Shown: positions 38,001-52,074, numbered from the stretch's first letter. The stretch: 64,000 bases of DNA from Macrostomum lignano (GCA_002269645.1 NIVC01000350.1:310001-374000); one strand, 5' to 3'. Notes: generated by a model not told the origin, from the sequence alone. Translations and numbers: made by a program.

Positions 38001-39522
38001 TCTTCTTGTCACTCCCTAATCATGATCAAGGCTCTCTTCTTGTCAATCCCTAATCATGATCAGGGTTCGCTTCTTGTCTAATCATGATCAGGGTTCTCTT
38101 CTTGTCTAATCATGATCAGGGTTCTCTCCTTGTCACTCCCTAATCATGATTAGGGCTCTCTTCTTGTCACTCCCTAATCATGATTAGGGCTCTCTTCTTG
38201 TCACTCCCTAATAATGATTAGGGCTCTCTTCTCGTCACTCCCTAATCATGATTAGGGCTCTCTTCTTCTCCCTCCCTAATCATGATCAGGGTTCTCTCCT
38301 TGTCACTCCCTACTCATGATTAGGGCTTTCTTCTTGTCACTCTCTAATCATGATCAGGGTTTTCTTCTTGTCACTTCACTCCCTAAGTCATTCCAGCTGC
38401 CTTTTCACTCCATAATTCATAATGACGGATAAAGCTGGTGAACGAACCTGCGGACACCTCAATGCCCATTCCGTCAGCTGGCTGCTGAAGGTCGACTTCA
38501 GTCATCTGCACCGCGGTAGCAGCCGCCGCCGATGGTGAGGATGAGCAGCCATCCAGCAGCGGCCTCGTCACCTCCGAGGACGAGTTGCCAGCAGCGAAAT
38601 CGGAGTCGTCAAGCTCCTCTGCCTGCTCGTCTTCTGTAGAAGGTTGGTTGGACAGAGCTTACCGTGTACTTTTTCTCTTTGATTAACAGTTGCCTAGAAA
38701 ATGCACATATTTATTTCCAGGTGTGAGTTCGGTATGTGCGAGGTTAGCAGCATGCTTAAGCGTCTATGTGCGTCTAAAAGACTCTCGCGCCGCGACCCCT
38801 GGTTCGATCTCCCACCAACCCAGGTCCCGCAGGTGCCAATAGGCAGCTCCTGTTTTCCCGCTCATCGCCGAACGCTTGGCCGCCGGCGGCCCGAAGTCCT
38901 GCAAGCTGACCAGCCCGGAAGCCGCCGCTGGGCCGCCCCGGTGCGACCCGTTGCTGCTGGCGGCCGCTGCTTTGGCCGCTGGACCGCCGGCCTTGCGCAG
39001 CCGCTGGTTGCCGCCAGTTGCCAGGTTGGGCCAGCGCTCCGCGATCCACTGGTCGATGCTCTCGTTAAAGTACATGATGACTATGTACATGGCGTACAGC
39101 ATGAGGAGGGCGGCAGCCTCGTACCTGGTGACCGGTTGGGGTGGGGGACGGCTCACCTTCTTTGTCACCTATTTTCTTATAGCCATTCATCCAAGTAGAG
39201 TAGATTAGCAATCCATTCTATTCCTGCATCCATGATGTAGGCTAGATTAGCAATCCATTCTATTTAATCGTTCATGAACGCCAGACACTCACCAGTGCAC
39301 TTTCTCATCGTAGATGACTAGAATGAGGCTGACCACGCTGAGACTGTAATAGCTGCAGTCTCGAACTATTGGCCACCAAGATAGAAATATTATCTGCAAT
39401 AGTTTTTACAATTTTTATGGTTGAATAAAAACACCAACTGTTAAAAAGTACACTACCTTACTTGTACTTCAGAAATATGTACTCTTAACTCCGGCAATCC
39501 ATTTGCACTACTTTCAATCCTC

Positions 39523-39567
<45 letters not shown>

Positions 39568-42500
39568 TGTCTCCTTCCGTCTTTGTGCGTCCCTACTCCA
39601 GTCTCTCCTGCGATTTCCTTCTCCATCCCTTTCTCTCTCCATCTCTTTTATCCCTCCGGGGCAGAGCCTCCGATATTAATGCTGGTTGGCTTCAGTTTTC
39701 AAATTCCTGTAGCCTCTGATCCAGGATGCAGCTGCGAACTCATGATCCAGTCTCCTTTCCTCCTGGTCCTGCAGCACTTATTTACTCTAAACTACTCTGT
39801 CTCTACTCAGTATCGACTCTATCTCTCCCTTGCATCTACTCTTTCTCTGCACCCACTCTCTCCCCTGCATCTACTCTTTCTCTGCATCTACTCTGTGCCC
39901 TGCATCTACTCTCTCCCCTGCATCTACTCTGTGCCCTGCATCTACTCTCTGCCCTGCATCTACTCTCTGCCCTGCATCTACTCTGTGCCCTGCATCTACT
40001 CTCTGCCCTGCATCTACTCTCTCCCCTGCATCTACTCTCTCCCCTGCATCTACTCTCTGCCCTGCATCTACTCTCTGCCCTGCATCTACTCTGTGCCCTG
40101 CATCTACTCTCTGCCCTGCATCTACTCTGTGCCCTGCATCTACTCTCTGCCCTGCATCCGCTCTCCCTTCCCTCACCTGAGTAGCAAAAAGGCCGCACAG
40201 GCTGACAATGAACAGCAGGTTAAACACGGCGCTCCCCACAATGGTGCTGACACCGACGTCACTCTGCGTGAGAAACACCCCGATGACGGAGGTGAACAGC
40301 TCCGGTGCCGAGCTGCCCGCCGCCATGAAGGTGGCACCGGCAACGTCCGGTTTCAGGTGCAGCACTGGGGGTGGATATTAGCCGTGTTTGAGCTTTCTGA
40401 GCAGATTTTTCGGGTCTTTGAGTTGAGGTGGACTTCTGAGAGTCTATGTGGATTTACATGTGGGCCTTGGTGGAATTCTCTCAGGTCTACGTAAATTTTG
40501 GTAGATCTATAGGTAGATTTCATTGGGTCAGAGTGGATTTATGTGAGCTTGGGTCGGTTTAAGCGAGGCGAAATGGATTCATGAGGGACCGGGTGGACTA
40601 GGTGGATTCGTGTGGATATGAGCTGAATTATGTTGGTTTAAGAAGGATTTGTGTGATTCAGTCTCGGTGGATTCGTGTGGGTCTTAGGATTCATGTGGGT
40701 CTCGGTGGATTCATGTGGGTCTCGGTGGATTCGTGTGGGTCTCGGGATTCATGTGGGTCTCGGTGGATTCATGTGGGTCTCGGTGGATTCGTGTGGGTCT
40801 CGGTAGATTCGTGTGGGTCTCGGGATTCATGTGGGTCTCGGTGGATTCATGTGGACCAGGGTTAGAATTGCTTGCTCACCTTCGCACAGCACCTCCAGCG
40901 ACGCCACAAAATAGTCGTCGCAGACGATGGCGAGGCCGGCAAACAGCCACAGTGCGGCGAGGCCGTGCAGCGCCACGGCGCCGCGCCGCTTGTCAGCCAA
41001 GCTGAACAGATCGGGCGGGAAGGTCTCGATGGAGCGGGGGGTGCAGGCGTTGCTGGGGGCCAGCTGCGGCAGGCTGAGCAGGCGGCGACTGCCCAGCGAG
41101 GTGACGGCTTCGAGACTGCCATCGCCTCCTGTGAAGTGATGGGGATATTATCATCTGCAGATCATTTTCCGACAGTTATAATTTCCCTCGGGGGTAATTT
41201 ACCTCAGGGATAATTTAGCTCAGGGATAATTTACCTCATGGATAATTAACCTCAGGGATAATGTACCTCAGGGATAATGTACCTCAGGGATAATGTACCT
41301 CAGGGATAATGTACCTCAGGGATAATGTACCTCAGGGATAATTTAGCTCAGAGATAGCTTACCCCACGAATCAAGTCGCCAGCCCTCCGGACCGTCGAGA
41401 TATTCGACGATTCTGCCAGAAGGTCGGATTTTTCCCATAAGCGCCAGTGTATTCAGTACACCCTTGTGCGCCAATCAGCACTGCGCCTCAGTGCAGCCTT
41501 GCCAAGTCTCCAAATTTCATCAGCACGTCGACCACATGTGTCTGCATCAGCTCTGACTTCGTTGGTTACTGGCCTTCACCCAGGCGGAGCTTCTGGACCT
41601 TCAACAGGTGCTATCGGGTGACTGGAAAATCTGATGCAAATTTCTCGAGTTTCGCTGATCAAGACTCGACGGTGGGCAAACTCAACTGCTGGACATCCTC
41701 AGCTAGTCTCTCAAACATTTAGTCATCACCCCGATGCTGTCGGCACCTTCAACAGATGGCACCAGGTGACTATGTACACCCTGTAGCTTGATAAGAAAAA
41801 TCACAACAGTGTCCATACTGCCTGTCACCTGGTGCCACCTGTTGAAGGTCCAGAAGCTCCACCCGGGTGAAAGCCAGTTATCAACGAAGTCAGAGCTGAT
41901 GCAGACACATGTGGTCGATGTACTGATGAAATTTAGAGACTTGGCAAGGCTGCACTGAGGCGCGGTGCTGATTGGCGCACAAGGATGTACTGAATCCACT
42001 GGCGCTTATGGGAAAAGTCCGACCTTCGGGGAGAATCGTCGAATATCTCGACAGTCCGAAGGGCTGGCAACTTGGTCTTGTTTGAGAAGGTGCGCAACAA
42101 AGGGTTAGTTCGAGTTCTTGGAATTTCGTGTGCCTGCGTTGCTCCGTTCCGGCGCAGCAAAACAATTATCAGGGGGATTCCCCCCTTTGTAGTTGGACGT
42201 GGGGAAATGGCTTGGTATTCCTACTGTTCCAATTGGACCCAATAAATACGCTCGTATTATAAATTTTGTAAAACCTGATGCCGAGACTCGAAGGCACTTA
42301 TCAATTGTGTGTAAACTGTAAAACTACATTCAGTCAGCTTACACAGTTTTATGAAAATGCAGGGTTCTGCGTGTTTGATCTGCTGCTCCTCAGCCCCCAA
42401 TCCAGAAAAACCGTGACTCCTGAAGAACGACTTGATTGTCAGATCAGACGACTGTTACAGCTACTAATCGATTTTCTTTGCCTCGAGAAAATTTTGTCCC

Positions 42501-43115
42501 CATAATTTATTTCCATGGCTAGTCAGTTTGTCTCTCAGTTTTAGGAAGAGAATTCTTCTTCTAAAAGTTATTTTGCCCAGGGAATCGATATAACATACGA
42601 TAACTTACAATTAGCCAGCAAACAGTGGCTTTTAAATGACGACAAGTATTTTGTTAAAACCTTCGAATTTGTCTGAACTACACTAAACCTAATCACTCGA
42701 AGAACACACCTAATTATCTGCTTCTTTATCTTCCTTGTTAAAGTACAGCAACATGGCTCCGGTCAGGTCATAACCAGGTAGCAACATCGCTCCGGTCAGG
42801 TCATAACCAGGTAGCAACATCGCTCCGGTCAGATCATAACCAGGTAGCAACATGGCTCCGGTCAGATCCTAACCAGGTAGCAACATCGCTCCGGTCAGGT
42901 CATAACCAGGTAGCAACATCGCTCCGGTCAGGTCATAACCAGGTAGCAATCGAAGCAATTAACTCACCCGCCAATCGAGCAGTTGCTAGGCCATCAATCG
43001 CCATGGCAACAGCGAACCAGCCGGTTACTCCGACTGACGCAACCGTGGCTACGGCAGTCGCCGCTGCGGTTCGCCATCTGCGTTGCCGTCGCGTTAGTTT
43101 TTTAATAGTTGCCAT
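35033..43115 (-). CDS. K+-dependent Na+/Ca2+ exchanger (SLC24/NCKX family, NCKX3/4-like)
   Basis: Exons 42968-43115, 40880-41128, 40177-40364, 39293-39393, 39124 down to about 38.8-38.9k (donor unresolved), possibly 38663-38693, 38448-38633, 37462-37671, 36733-36834 and 35033-35367, with phases consistent where resolved. Motifs [10 protein letters not shown], alpha-1 [17 protein letters not shown]...GSAVFN, alpha-2 LAAGTSVPD...[14 protein letters not shown] (Asp of the K+-dependent type). Confidence 0.92.
35495..36640. repeat. 16-bp G-rich minisatellite (ATTCGGGAAGGGGAAG) in the last NCKX intron
   Basis: About 70 units with GGG/GGGG tracts. Confidence 0.95.
36940..37450. repeat. 56-bp minisatellite built on GTGATTAT/ATCAAGG, NCKX intron
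   Basis: Period 56 (for example TGATAATCAA at 37085 and 37141). Confidence 0.9.
37725..38380. repeat. About 34-bp minisatellite (CTTGTCACTCCCTAATCATGATYAGGGYTCTCTT), NCKX intron
   Basis: Directly visible units. Confidence 0.9.
39830..40160. repeat. 18-bp minisatellite (CCCTGCATCTACTCTCTG), NCKX intron
   Basis: 6-aa periodic ORFs; the array abuts the donor at 40176. Confidence 0.93.
40660..40850. repeat. 20-bp minisatellite (GGGTCTCGGTGGATTCATGT), NCKX intron
   Basis: About 9 units. Confidence 0.88.
41190..41350. repeat. 16-bp minisatellite (ATGTACCTCAGGGATA), NCKX intron 1
   Basis: About 9 units. Confidence 0.87.
41372..42074. repeat. Long inverted repeat: about 254-bp arms (41372-41625 and 41821-42074) with a spacer of about 195 bp
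   Basis: ORFs 41447+ and 41999- translate to nearly the same peptide; arm identity is roughly 90% by eye. Confidence 0.92.
42748..42950. repeat. 33-bp minisatellite (GCAACATCGCTCCGGTCAGGTCATAACCAGGTA) next to the NCKX exon 1 donor
   Basis: About 6 units. Confidence 0.9.
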
Positions 43116-43701
43116 GACAACGGTCGAAAATCCGAGACGACTCAGAACTCGACGTTGATGCCGATGTCTGTAAGTTTAAAATCCAGAGCGATGCAGCGGA
43201 TGAGAAGCTGCAACGAGGTGCAGTAAACAAGCTCAAAGCAATTAAACAGGGTCTCCTCTGAGTAGCTGACGAGTCAACTCAGAGAAATGTGTCAAACTGG
43301 ACTGATCGACCCCGACCCAGCCACTCTCCTGAGCATTCAGCTCAGTTGTCTCTATTTGGCTAAACGTCTGCGGAGGTGGGGTGGGCAGTGGCGGAAGGGG
43401 GGTAGGGGAAGCGGATTCGGGCGAATGGAAAAGCTGAAATTTAAATACCCCAGTTTTGTAGCAGGAGGGGGAGGAGAGAAGAGAGAATTGGCGGTTTCCC
43501 GTCTCTGTTTTTCCCATACGGAGGTGGAGGCAGAGCAGAAAGAACAGAATAGCGAGCATTTGGGAAACTCGCAAATTTCAGGGTTGGAACGCTTCAATAG
43601 AAATATTGACAGAGCAATGAATTTTCTAACTGCAAGCGTCGATGTATTACTTGTACAGCGGACTGTCTTCAGTGTTCACATACGGAGCATTCTGGTGGTT
43701 T

Positions 43702-43920
43702 CCCGCTAGCTCACTCAAGGTGCACACACGGATGCGTCACATCCCTGATTCCCGCTAGCTCACTCGAGGTGCACACACGGATGCGTCACATCCCTGATTC
43801 CCGCTAGCTCACTCGAGGTGCACACACGGATGCGTCACATCCCTGATTCCCGCTAGCTCACTCGAGGTGCACACACGGATGCGTCACAACCCTGATTCCC
43901 GCTAGCTCACTCGAGGTGCA
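43702..43920. repeat. 49-bp tandem repeat
   Basis: CCCGCTAGCTCACTCGAGGTGCACACACGGATGCGTCACATCCCTGATT, about 4.4 copies. Confidence 0.92.
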
Positions 43921-44869
43921 CTCTCACAGAGTCTCATTTTGTCACTGGCTACACACCCAAGAAAACTCATGGATATTAACAAGAGTGCAAATTGCAAAAA
44001 TCAATGTAGCATTGATTAGCTAGTTGCTTCAGTTTACATGATTGTGCCCAGATTATACACTCTGGCTACATAATGACGCAGGCTTATCTTTGCCAATTAG
44101 ATAAGCATTAGCGGCCTCGCCCAGAGGTCTAAAACTGTACTAATGCAAAAGTTCCACTGCAGTTTTGGCAAACGTTTCTCTATGCGCAATTTTGCAAACG
44201 GCCCCTTTGGATACTGTACCTCAACAGCTTACTAACTATCTTTAGTCACAAACTCAAAATTCCACACAAAATCAACTTCAAATAATATTTTAGCAAATGT
44301 AATTAGCGAATGAAAATGCACTTTAATCGCTTACCACACAACATCGATGGATTCTGTCATTCTAGCAACGCGTCCTCCCAGCTTCTGATTCTTTGCTGTA
44401 CCTGCAGGCCATCTTTAAAGCAGCAAGGCTAAAGCTATGGAAGAGACGCTGGCAGACACACCTCACCTCGCAGTTTGCTTTGCTATTGGCAGAATAAATA
44501 TAGAGCTGCCAGCTTCTGTGCGCACAATGAAAGCAATCTGCATGAAGCCACTTTCTTGCCCGTGTGTCTTTTTCATCTTCTTTATACAGACTCTATTTTT
44601 CAGACTGTCCACCCTGTCCACCCACAGGGTCGGATCGGAGCCAATAGCGTCTGGCTTAGTGCAAACAGCTTGCAGTGGAGTTTTTCGAGACTGTGGGTGG
44701 TTATTTGAAAATGCGTCAATAAGATTTTAGATCTCAGAAAAAATCTTTTTTTTTCTTTGCTTCCGGCTTGAGCTCCAGGATGTGTTTCTCATTTATTGTC
44801 AGTTTTTATCGAAAAAACTTTCGAAGGGCCAGAACAGATACAGAACCTAGCGCATGGCTGCGGGCCTGC

Positions 44870-45885
<1,016 letters not shown>

Positions 45886-45889
45886 GAAA

Positions 45890-45990
45890 AGAGACGCAAA
45901 CCTTGAGCGGTCCGCATTGCTATTGTGAAGTTTCAACGGACCCGAGGGCCGGATGGAGAGGCTTTACGGGCCGGAGTTTGCCGACCCCGG
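45890..45990 (-). mobile_element. hAT (Charlie-like) element terminus fused to a (CT)n tract
   Basis: Minus strand CCGGGGTCGGCAAACTCCGGCCCGTAAAGCCTCTCCATCCGGCCCTCGGGTCC...; closely matches 53289-53390. Confidence 0.68.
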
Positions 45991-46301
45991 CTCCATATTT
46001 AATGGGCAGTCAAAACTGGATCGAACCGGTCAGCTGACAGAACAGGCGGGCGACAGGCGAAGAGAGAGACCAGAGGGGCGCAGTCCACAGAAATGACAGT
46101 TTTTTATTGTGCACTGTTCGACGCTTATTTTAACCGAAAGTCTGCGCACTGAGACCCTCTTTAGTTTCGGACACGAGGCCGCTTCAAACGATTTAAGCTT
46201 TAGGAGGTTAAGAGCCAAGCTTTAAATCTACCAAGTTCGACCGGAGTTGCATGAGAAGTGCAGTAATAACCAACCCCCCCCCCTGCCAAGCAGCATCTAC
46301 A

Positions 46302-46553
46302 CACTACACTCGGTCTTCTTAGAAATGAGCTGCAGGCCCGTAAAAAACATACGCCGTATTTATCGTTTTATCTCCAGTACATTTGATGCGCTCTACATCT
46401 AGAGAACGCATGGCGCCGAATGAGTTTTTCCCATAGACAAAATCGGTCGAGATAACTCCAGTTTCTCGAGAGCGTATAAATATACTGGCGATTCGGTAAA
46501 TACACTTTCCTTACGAGCCTCCAGCTCATTTCTAAAAAATATCGAGTTTCACT
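46302..46553. mobile_element. Short inverted-repeat element, same family as 28806-29013, opposite orientation
   Basis: AGAAATGAGCTGCAGGCCCGTAA at 46321 pairs with TTACGAGCCTCCAGCTCATTTCT at 46511; central CCATAGACAAAATCGG. Confidence 0.7.
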
Positions 46554-46599
46554 TCCTTCTACTTCAGTTGTCCATGGATAGAGTCTGGAATAGGGTTTA

Positions 46600-47105
46600 G
46601 GTAGAGCTAGGGTTGGGCCTGGGGTAGGGTTTGGGGTAGAGTTGGGTTTAGCTTGCTAAGGTTGCTAGAGTTTGGAGTAGTTTTAGTAGAAGTTGGATTA
46701 GAGTTTGGGGTTTAGTTAAGGGTAGATTTGAGGTAGGCTTTGTGGTTGGCTTTGGGGTAGGGTTCGGAATAGGATTCTGGATAGGATTTGGGATAAGGCT
46801 TGGAGTAGGGTTTGGGGTAGAGTTTGGAGTAGGTTTAGGGTTAGGGTTTCAGGTAGGGTTTGGAGTAGGTTTAGGGTTAGGGTTTCAGGTAGGGTTTAAG
46901 ATAGGGTTTGGGATAGGGTTTGGGATAGGGTTTGGAGTAGGGTTTGAAGTAGGGTTTGAAGTAGGGTTTGAAGTAGGGTTTCAGGTAGGGTTTTGAGGTA
47001 GGATTTGGAGTAGGGTTTGGAGTAGGTTTTGAAATAGGATTTGGGGTAGGGTTTCAGGTAGGGTTTGGAGTAGGATTTGGGGTAGGGTTTCAGGTAGGGT
47101 TTATG
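46600..47105. repeat. Degenerate G-rich 12-mer array (GGGTTTGGAGTA), telomere-like
   Basis: Directly visible; includes TTAGGG units. Confidence 0.85.
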
Positions 47106-47829
47106 ACTACAGTTGGATAAATTTTAACATAGGGATAGCACTCAATGCCGTTAATAAATACGAGCAATCCATTGAGTAGGTACGAGCGTACAATGTTTCA
47201 GTTGAACAATCTGGACAAAAGTTCTGAAAGATTTGGTAAATAAATAATCTAGATAATTTCTTGTTCAAAACTCAGGCGCCTGTTGCCGGCTTAATGATAG
47301 CAAAAATATTTGTTTTAACCAGCAGTTCAATTTAATATAACAAAAAGGTAATACAACTTACTAAGATATCAAAGATAATAAAAACGTATATAAAAACACT
47401 TTCCGAAGGCTGTGGACGGATTTAAAAAAAATAAATATCTCAATTACAGCAATTTTTAAAGACAGATTGAGGGCAGATTTAACAAGATAAAACATACAAT
47501 ACGTATAAATATCAAGTCATATTAAAACACAATACAGTACTCATGCAGAAAAAATAGGTATACTCACAAACAACTCATTTTTGGTACATTGGATTTTCTC
47601 TTTGAAATTTATAGCAATTTTTAATTTTTCCAAGAAATCCCTGTTAGCGACAAGCTGATTTCATGAAAAGTTGTTTGCTGTATCCGCTGAGAAATTTTGT
47701 TTATAGTAAAGCAACAAAGTGTGGAATGCAATAGAATACTTGAGTATGACTTGAGTATTAACAAAATAAAACAGCAAGTTCAAAATAGCATCAAATAGGT
47801 CATCAGATCCGTCTGACTGCTAATTAACC

Positions 47830-47893
47830 AGATAATCAGCCAACCAGTCAGTCAATCAATCAGTCAATAAACCAGTTAATCAATCAATCAGTT

Positions 47894-47968
<75 letters not shown>

Positions 47969-48320
47969 CAATCAATCAATCAATAAACCAGTTAATCAAT
48001 CAATCAATCAATCAATCAAACAATCAATCAATCAATCGATTAATAAATGAACCAATCAATCAACAAATCAATCAGTCAATCGATCAGTCCATCAATAAAT
48101 AAATAAATAAATAAATCAATTAATCAATCAATCAATCAATAAATAAATAAATAAATCAATCAATCAATTAATCAATCAATCAATTAATTAATCAATCAAT
48201 CAGTTAATCAGTCAATCAACCAATCAATCAATTAATTGATCAATAAATCAGTCAATCAATCAATCAATCAATCAATCGATCAATCAATCGAGGAATCAAT
48301 ACTTAAATCAATTTATCAAT
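47830..48320. repeat. (ATCA)n microsatellite abutting the TIR gene stop codon
   Basis: Directly visible. Confidence 0.93.
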
Positions 48321-51300
48321 CAAAGCCGCTCCAACGCTTCCACAAAGTCGTACAGCTGGTGGAAGAGCGTCAGCCGCAGGCTCTTTTCCAGCAGCCTGTA
48401 AAACGCCTCAGGCGCTTGACTCTTCATCTTGAGCAGGAAGAGCAGATGCCGGCCCTCCAGCTTGAAGGGCTCGAGGTGGCTGGGCAGCTTGTTCTCCAGC
48501 AGCCAGTTCAACACCTCCTCGCTGGTCCACTTCGTGTAGGCGGGTTCCGGCGGCGGCCGCGGCTTCGGCGGAGTCGCCGTCTGCACCGGCTGAGTCACAG
48601 GCGCAATGGACTCATCCGGAGACTTGAGCACACTCTGCTTCAGGTAGCCCACTAGTTTAGCAAAGCTCTCTTCCTTGTTGCGACTGAAGTTGTAATAGAG
48701 CTGAGTGCCCATGATGAAGCCTAGCCAGCCGTCAGGCTTGTACTTGTGCTCCAGCAGCAGCGGCACCAGCTGCTTCCGCCGCCTCACCGCGTACTCGGCC
48801 TCTGCGAGATTTACCGTTTTAAATGGGGGGGGGGTGATTATGATAAGATGCCACAAAAAAATATTAAAACCTTATAAAATAGTTTTTCTTCTTTAAATTT
48901 TTTTCAATAATCATAAAAAATCAGACATCATCCGCCCCCCCCCCAGACTAAGGCATCATCCCCCCCCAGAATCAGGCATCATTCCGTCCCCCCCCCAGAA
49001 TCAGGCATCATCCGCCCCCCCGGAATCAGGCATCATCCGCCCCCCCAGAATCAGGCATCATCCCCCCCAGAATCAGGCATCATTCCGCCCCCCCCAGACT
49101 AAGGCATCATCCCCCCCAGAATCAGGCATCATTCCGTCCCCCCCCCAGAATCAGGCATCATCCGCCCCCCGGAATCAGGCATCATCCGCCCCCCCAGAAT
49201 CAGGCATCATCCCCCCCCCAGAATCAGGCATCATTCCGTCCCCCCCCCAGAATCAGGCATCATCCGCCCCCCCCCCGGAATCAGGCATCATCCGCCCCCC
49301 AGAATCAAGCATCATTCGCCCCCCCAGAATTGGCATCATCCGCCCCCCAGAATCAGGCATCATCCGCCCCCCCCCCAGAATCAGGCATCATCCGCCCCCC
49401 CCAGAATTTGGCATCATCCGCCCCCCAGAATCAAGCATCATCCGCCCCCCCAGAATCAAGCATCATCCGCCCCCCAGAATTGGCATCATCCGCCCCCAGC
49501 GTCCCCAGAATCAGACATCATCCGCCCCCCAGAATCAGGCATCATCCGCCCCCCAGAATCAGACATCATCCGCCCCCTCAGAATCAGGCATCATCCGCCC
49601 TAGAATCAGGCATCATCCGCCCCCCAGAATCAGGCATCATCCGCCCCCAGAATCAGGCATCATCCGCCCCCAGAATCAGACATCATCCCCCCCCAGAATC
49701 AGGCATCATCATCAGGCATCATCCGCCCCAGAATCAGGCATCATCCGCCCCCAGAATCAGAATCAGCCCCAAACTGCGCACCCATGCGGCAGAAGTCGCT
49801 CTCCTTGTAGCCCTTGCAGACGCACATGAGCACAGCTGCCGAGCCTTCGACAGCCTTGGCCATGCAATCTAGCGTGGAGTCCTGCATCTGCTCGAAGTCG
49901 ACCCATACCTGTTAAATAATATAAAAAAATAGACTGGATTACTGGGGGGTAAGATAGGAAGGCTAGTCTTGTTCTAAAAATACATTAAAACGCTTCAATT
50001 TATGACTTTCTACTGAACTGATCAAGTAGCTTCTTACACGCAAATTAGCTGAGTGGCCTAGCAAGTTAGCTATTATAGTATCTATATTGACACCTGAAGT
50101 TTTCGTGTCAGTATATAGACTGTGCTTATATAAAAAATCGAACTAACAAATATAATTATTAGTGGAAGAGCCCCGGCTAGGGGCTGAGACGCTATAATTA
50201 TTAGTTATAATCTTATCATAATAAATAATAATCAGTATATAGACTGTGCTCAAAAACAAGCCCAAGACAGGCTCTACACAGAAGTCTTCTGTAGTCATTA
50301 GCAACCCGGATTTCCAAGGAGAACAAGCAATAAAACTCGCCTTGAAATTTTGCTCCTTCAACTGAGGACAGATCCAGCGAACAAACTCGCCGCTGCTGTG
50401 CTGATGATAGCTGATCATCACGTGACCTGCGGTTTCGCCGGCTGAACCCGGCGCCTGCGGCTGGGCAACTGCGGCTGCGCTTGCACCAGTGGGTTGTGGT
50501 GGTGGCGGTTTTGCCGCTGACGATCCGGTCGGGGGCGGCGCTGAGGGCGGCGGCGGCGGCGCCGGTGGCAGATCAGTTGACTGGCCCAGCTGGAGATTCT
50601 GCTTGACTGACCGTTGCCTTGGCAACGGCACATCGCGGAGATCGCCTCGCTCGTCTGTGCACAAGCGCAAGTTAATTAGGCTGGATTGGTGAATTCTCTT
50701 ATTAAGCACTGAAAACTATCTACTATTGATGCATTAGTATAGAAAGTAAGTAGTATAAAAGTAAGTAGTATAAATCTTCTGTCAAGAGATTTGTTACCAG
50801 CTCGAGAATTAAAGAGTTGATATCGAATCACCTGCTAAAGGTATTTAGCCACCTGATAAAGGTATTTAGCCACCTGATAAAGGTATTTAGACACCTGCTA
50901 AAGATATTTAGACACCTGCTAAAGATATTTAGACACCTGCTAAAGGTATTTAGACACCTGCTAAAGATATTTAGACACCTGCTAAAGGTATTTAGACACC
51001 TTCTAAAAGTATTTAGACACCTGCTAAAGATATTTAGACACCTTTTAAAAGTATTTAGACACCTGCTAAAGATATTTAGACACCTGCTAAAGGTATTTAG
51101 ACACCTGCTAAAGATATTTAGACACCTGCTAAAGGTATTTAGACACCCACTAAAGGTATTTAGACACCTGCTTAAGGTATTTAGACACCTGCTTAAGGTA
51201 TGTAGCCACCTGTCAAAGGTATTTCTAATACACCTGCTAATTGAATATAGTTATCTGAATGCTGTTAAAGCTAAGCTTCTCATTTGCTGAAAGGAATCGG

Positions 51301-51762
51301 AAATAAAATTTGCCATGGCAATCAAAACCCTCACTGTCATCGTCGGGAATGAAGGGCCCATCCGTGGTGTACACCTCCTCCGTATTGTATTGAATCGCCT
51401 CCAAGTCCCTGTTGGATTTCCACTGCGGATTGGAGCGCAGACTCCGCAGCTCCGGGCCGCAGATTTCTTTGATATTCGACGAGCAGGCCGAGTTGAAAGA
51501 CATCGACAAGATGATCTTCAGCGCCATGGAGACCTCGTCGCTGCGCTCGGGCGGCGACTGCAGCATGTCGGACAGCACAGGCAGAATTTTACACTCGAGC
51601 AGGATGTCCTTGTTGTCCTCGTTCTTTGTGAACTGGTAAGCGCCTGGCTTAGAGGTTTTTTGTAGTTTGCTATGATGTTATTTATTTGATCTTTTTTACT
51701 ACTAATAGTAGCTTGATGCAAAATTGCGATTAATAAAAAATGAGATTGAAAGAGAGAGAGAG

Positions 51763-51832
<70 letters not shown>

Positions 51833-52027
51833 ATGAGTTGAGATCTAGTGAGAGAGAGTGAGAGAGAATGAGTTGAGACCTAGTGAGAGAGAGTGAAAGA
51901 GAATGAGTTGAGACCTAGTGAGAGAGAGTGAGAGAGAATGAGTTGAGATATAGAAAGAGAGCGGGAGAAAGAGAGAGAGAGAAAAAAAGAGAGAGACCTA
52001 GAGAGAGAGAGATTTAGAGAGAGAGAA

Positions 52028-52074
<47 letters not shown>

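Noticed and set aside
50817-51290. RHLLKVF amphipathic peptide-repeat ORF resembling an antimicrobial peptide precursor
   Set aside because: 21-bp minisatellite in TIR gene intron 2 on the opposite strand; no signal peptide or processing sites.
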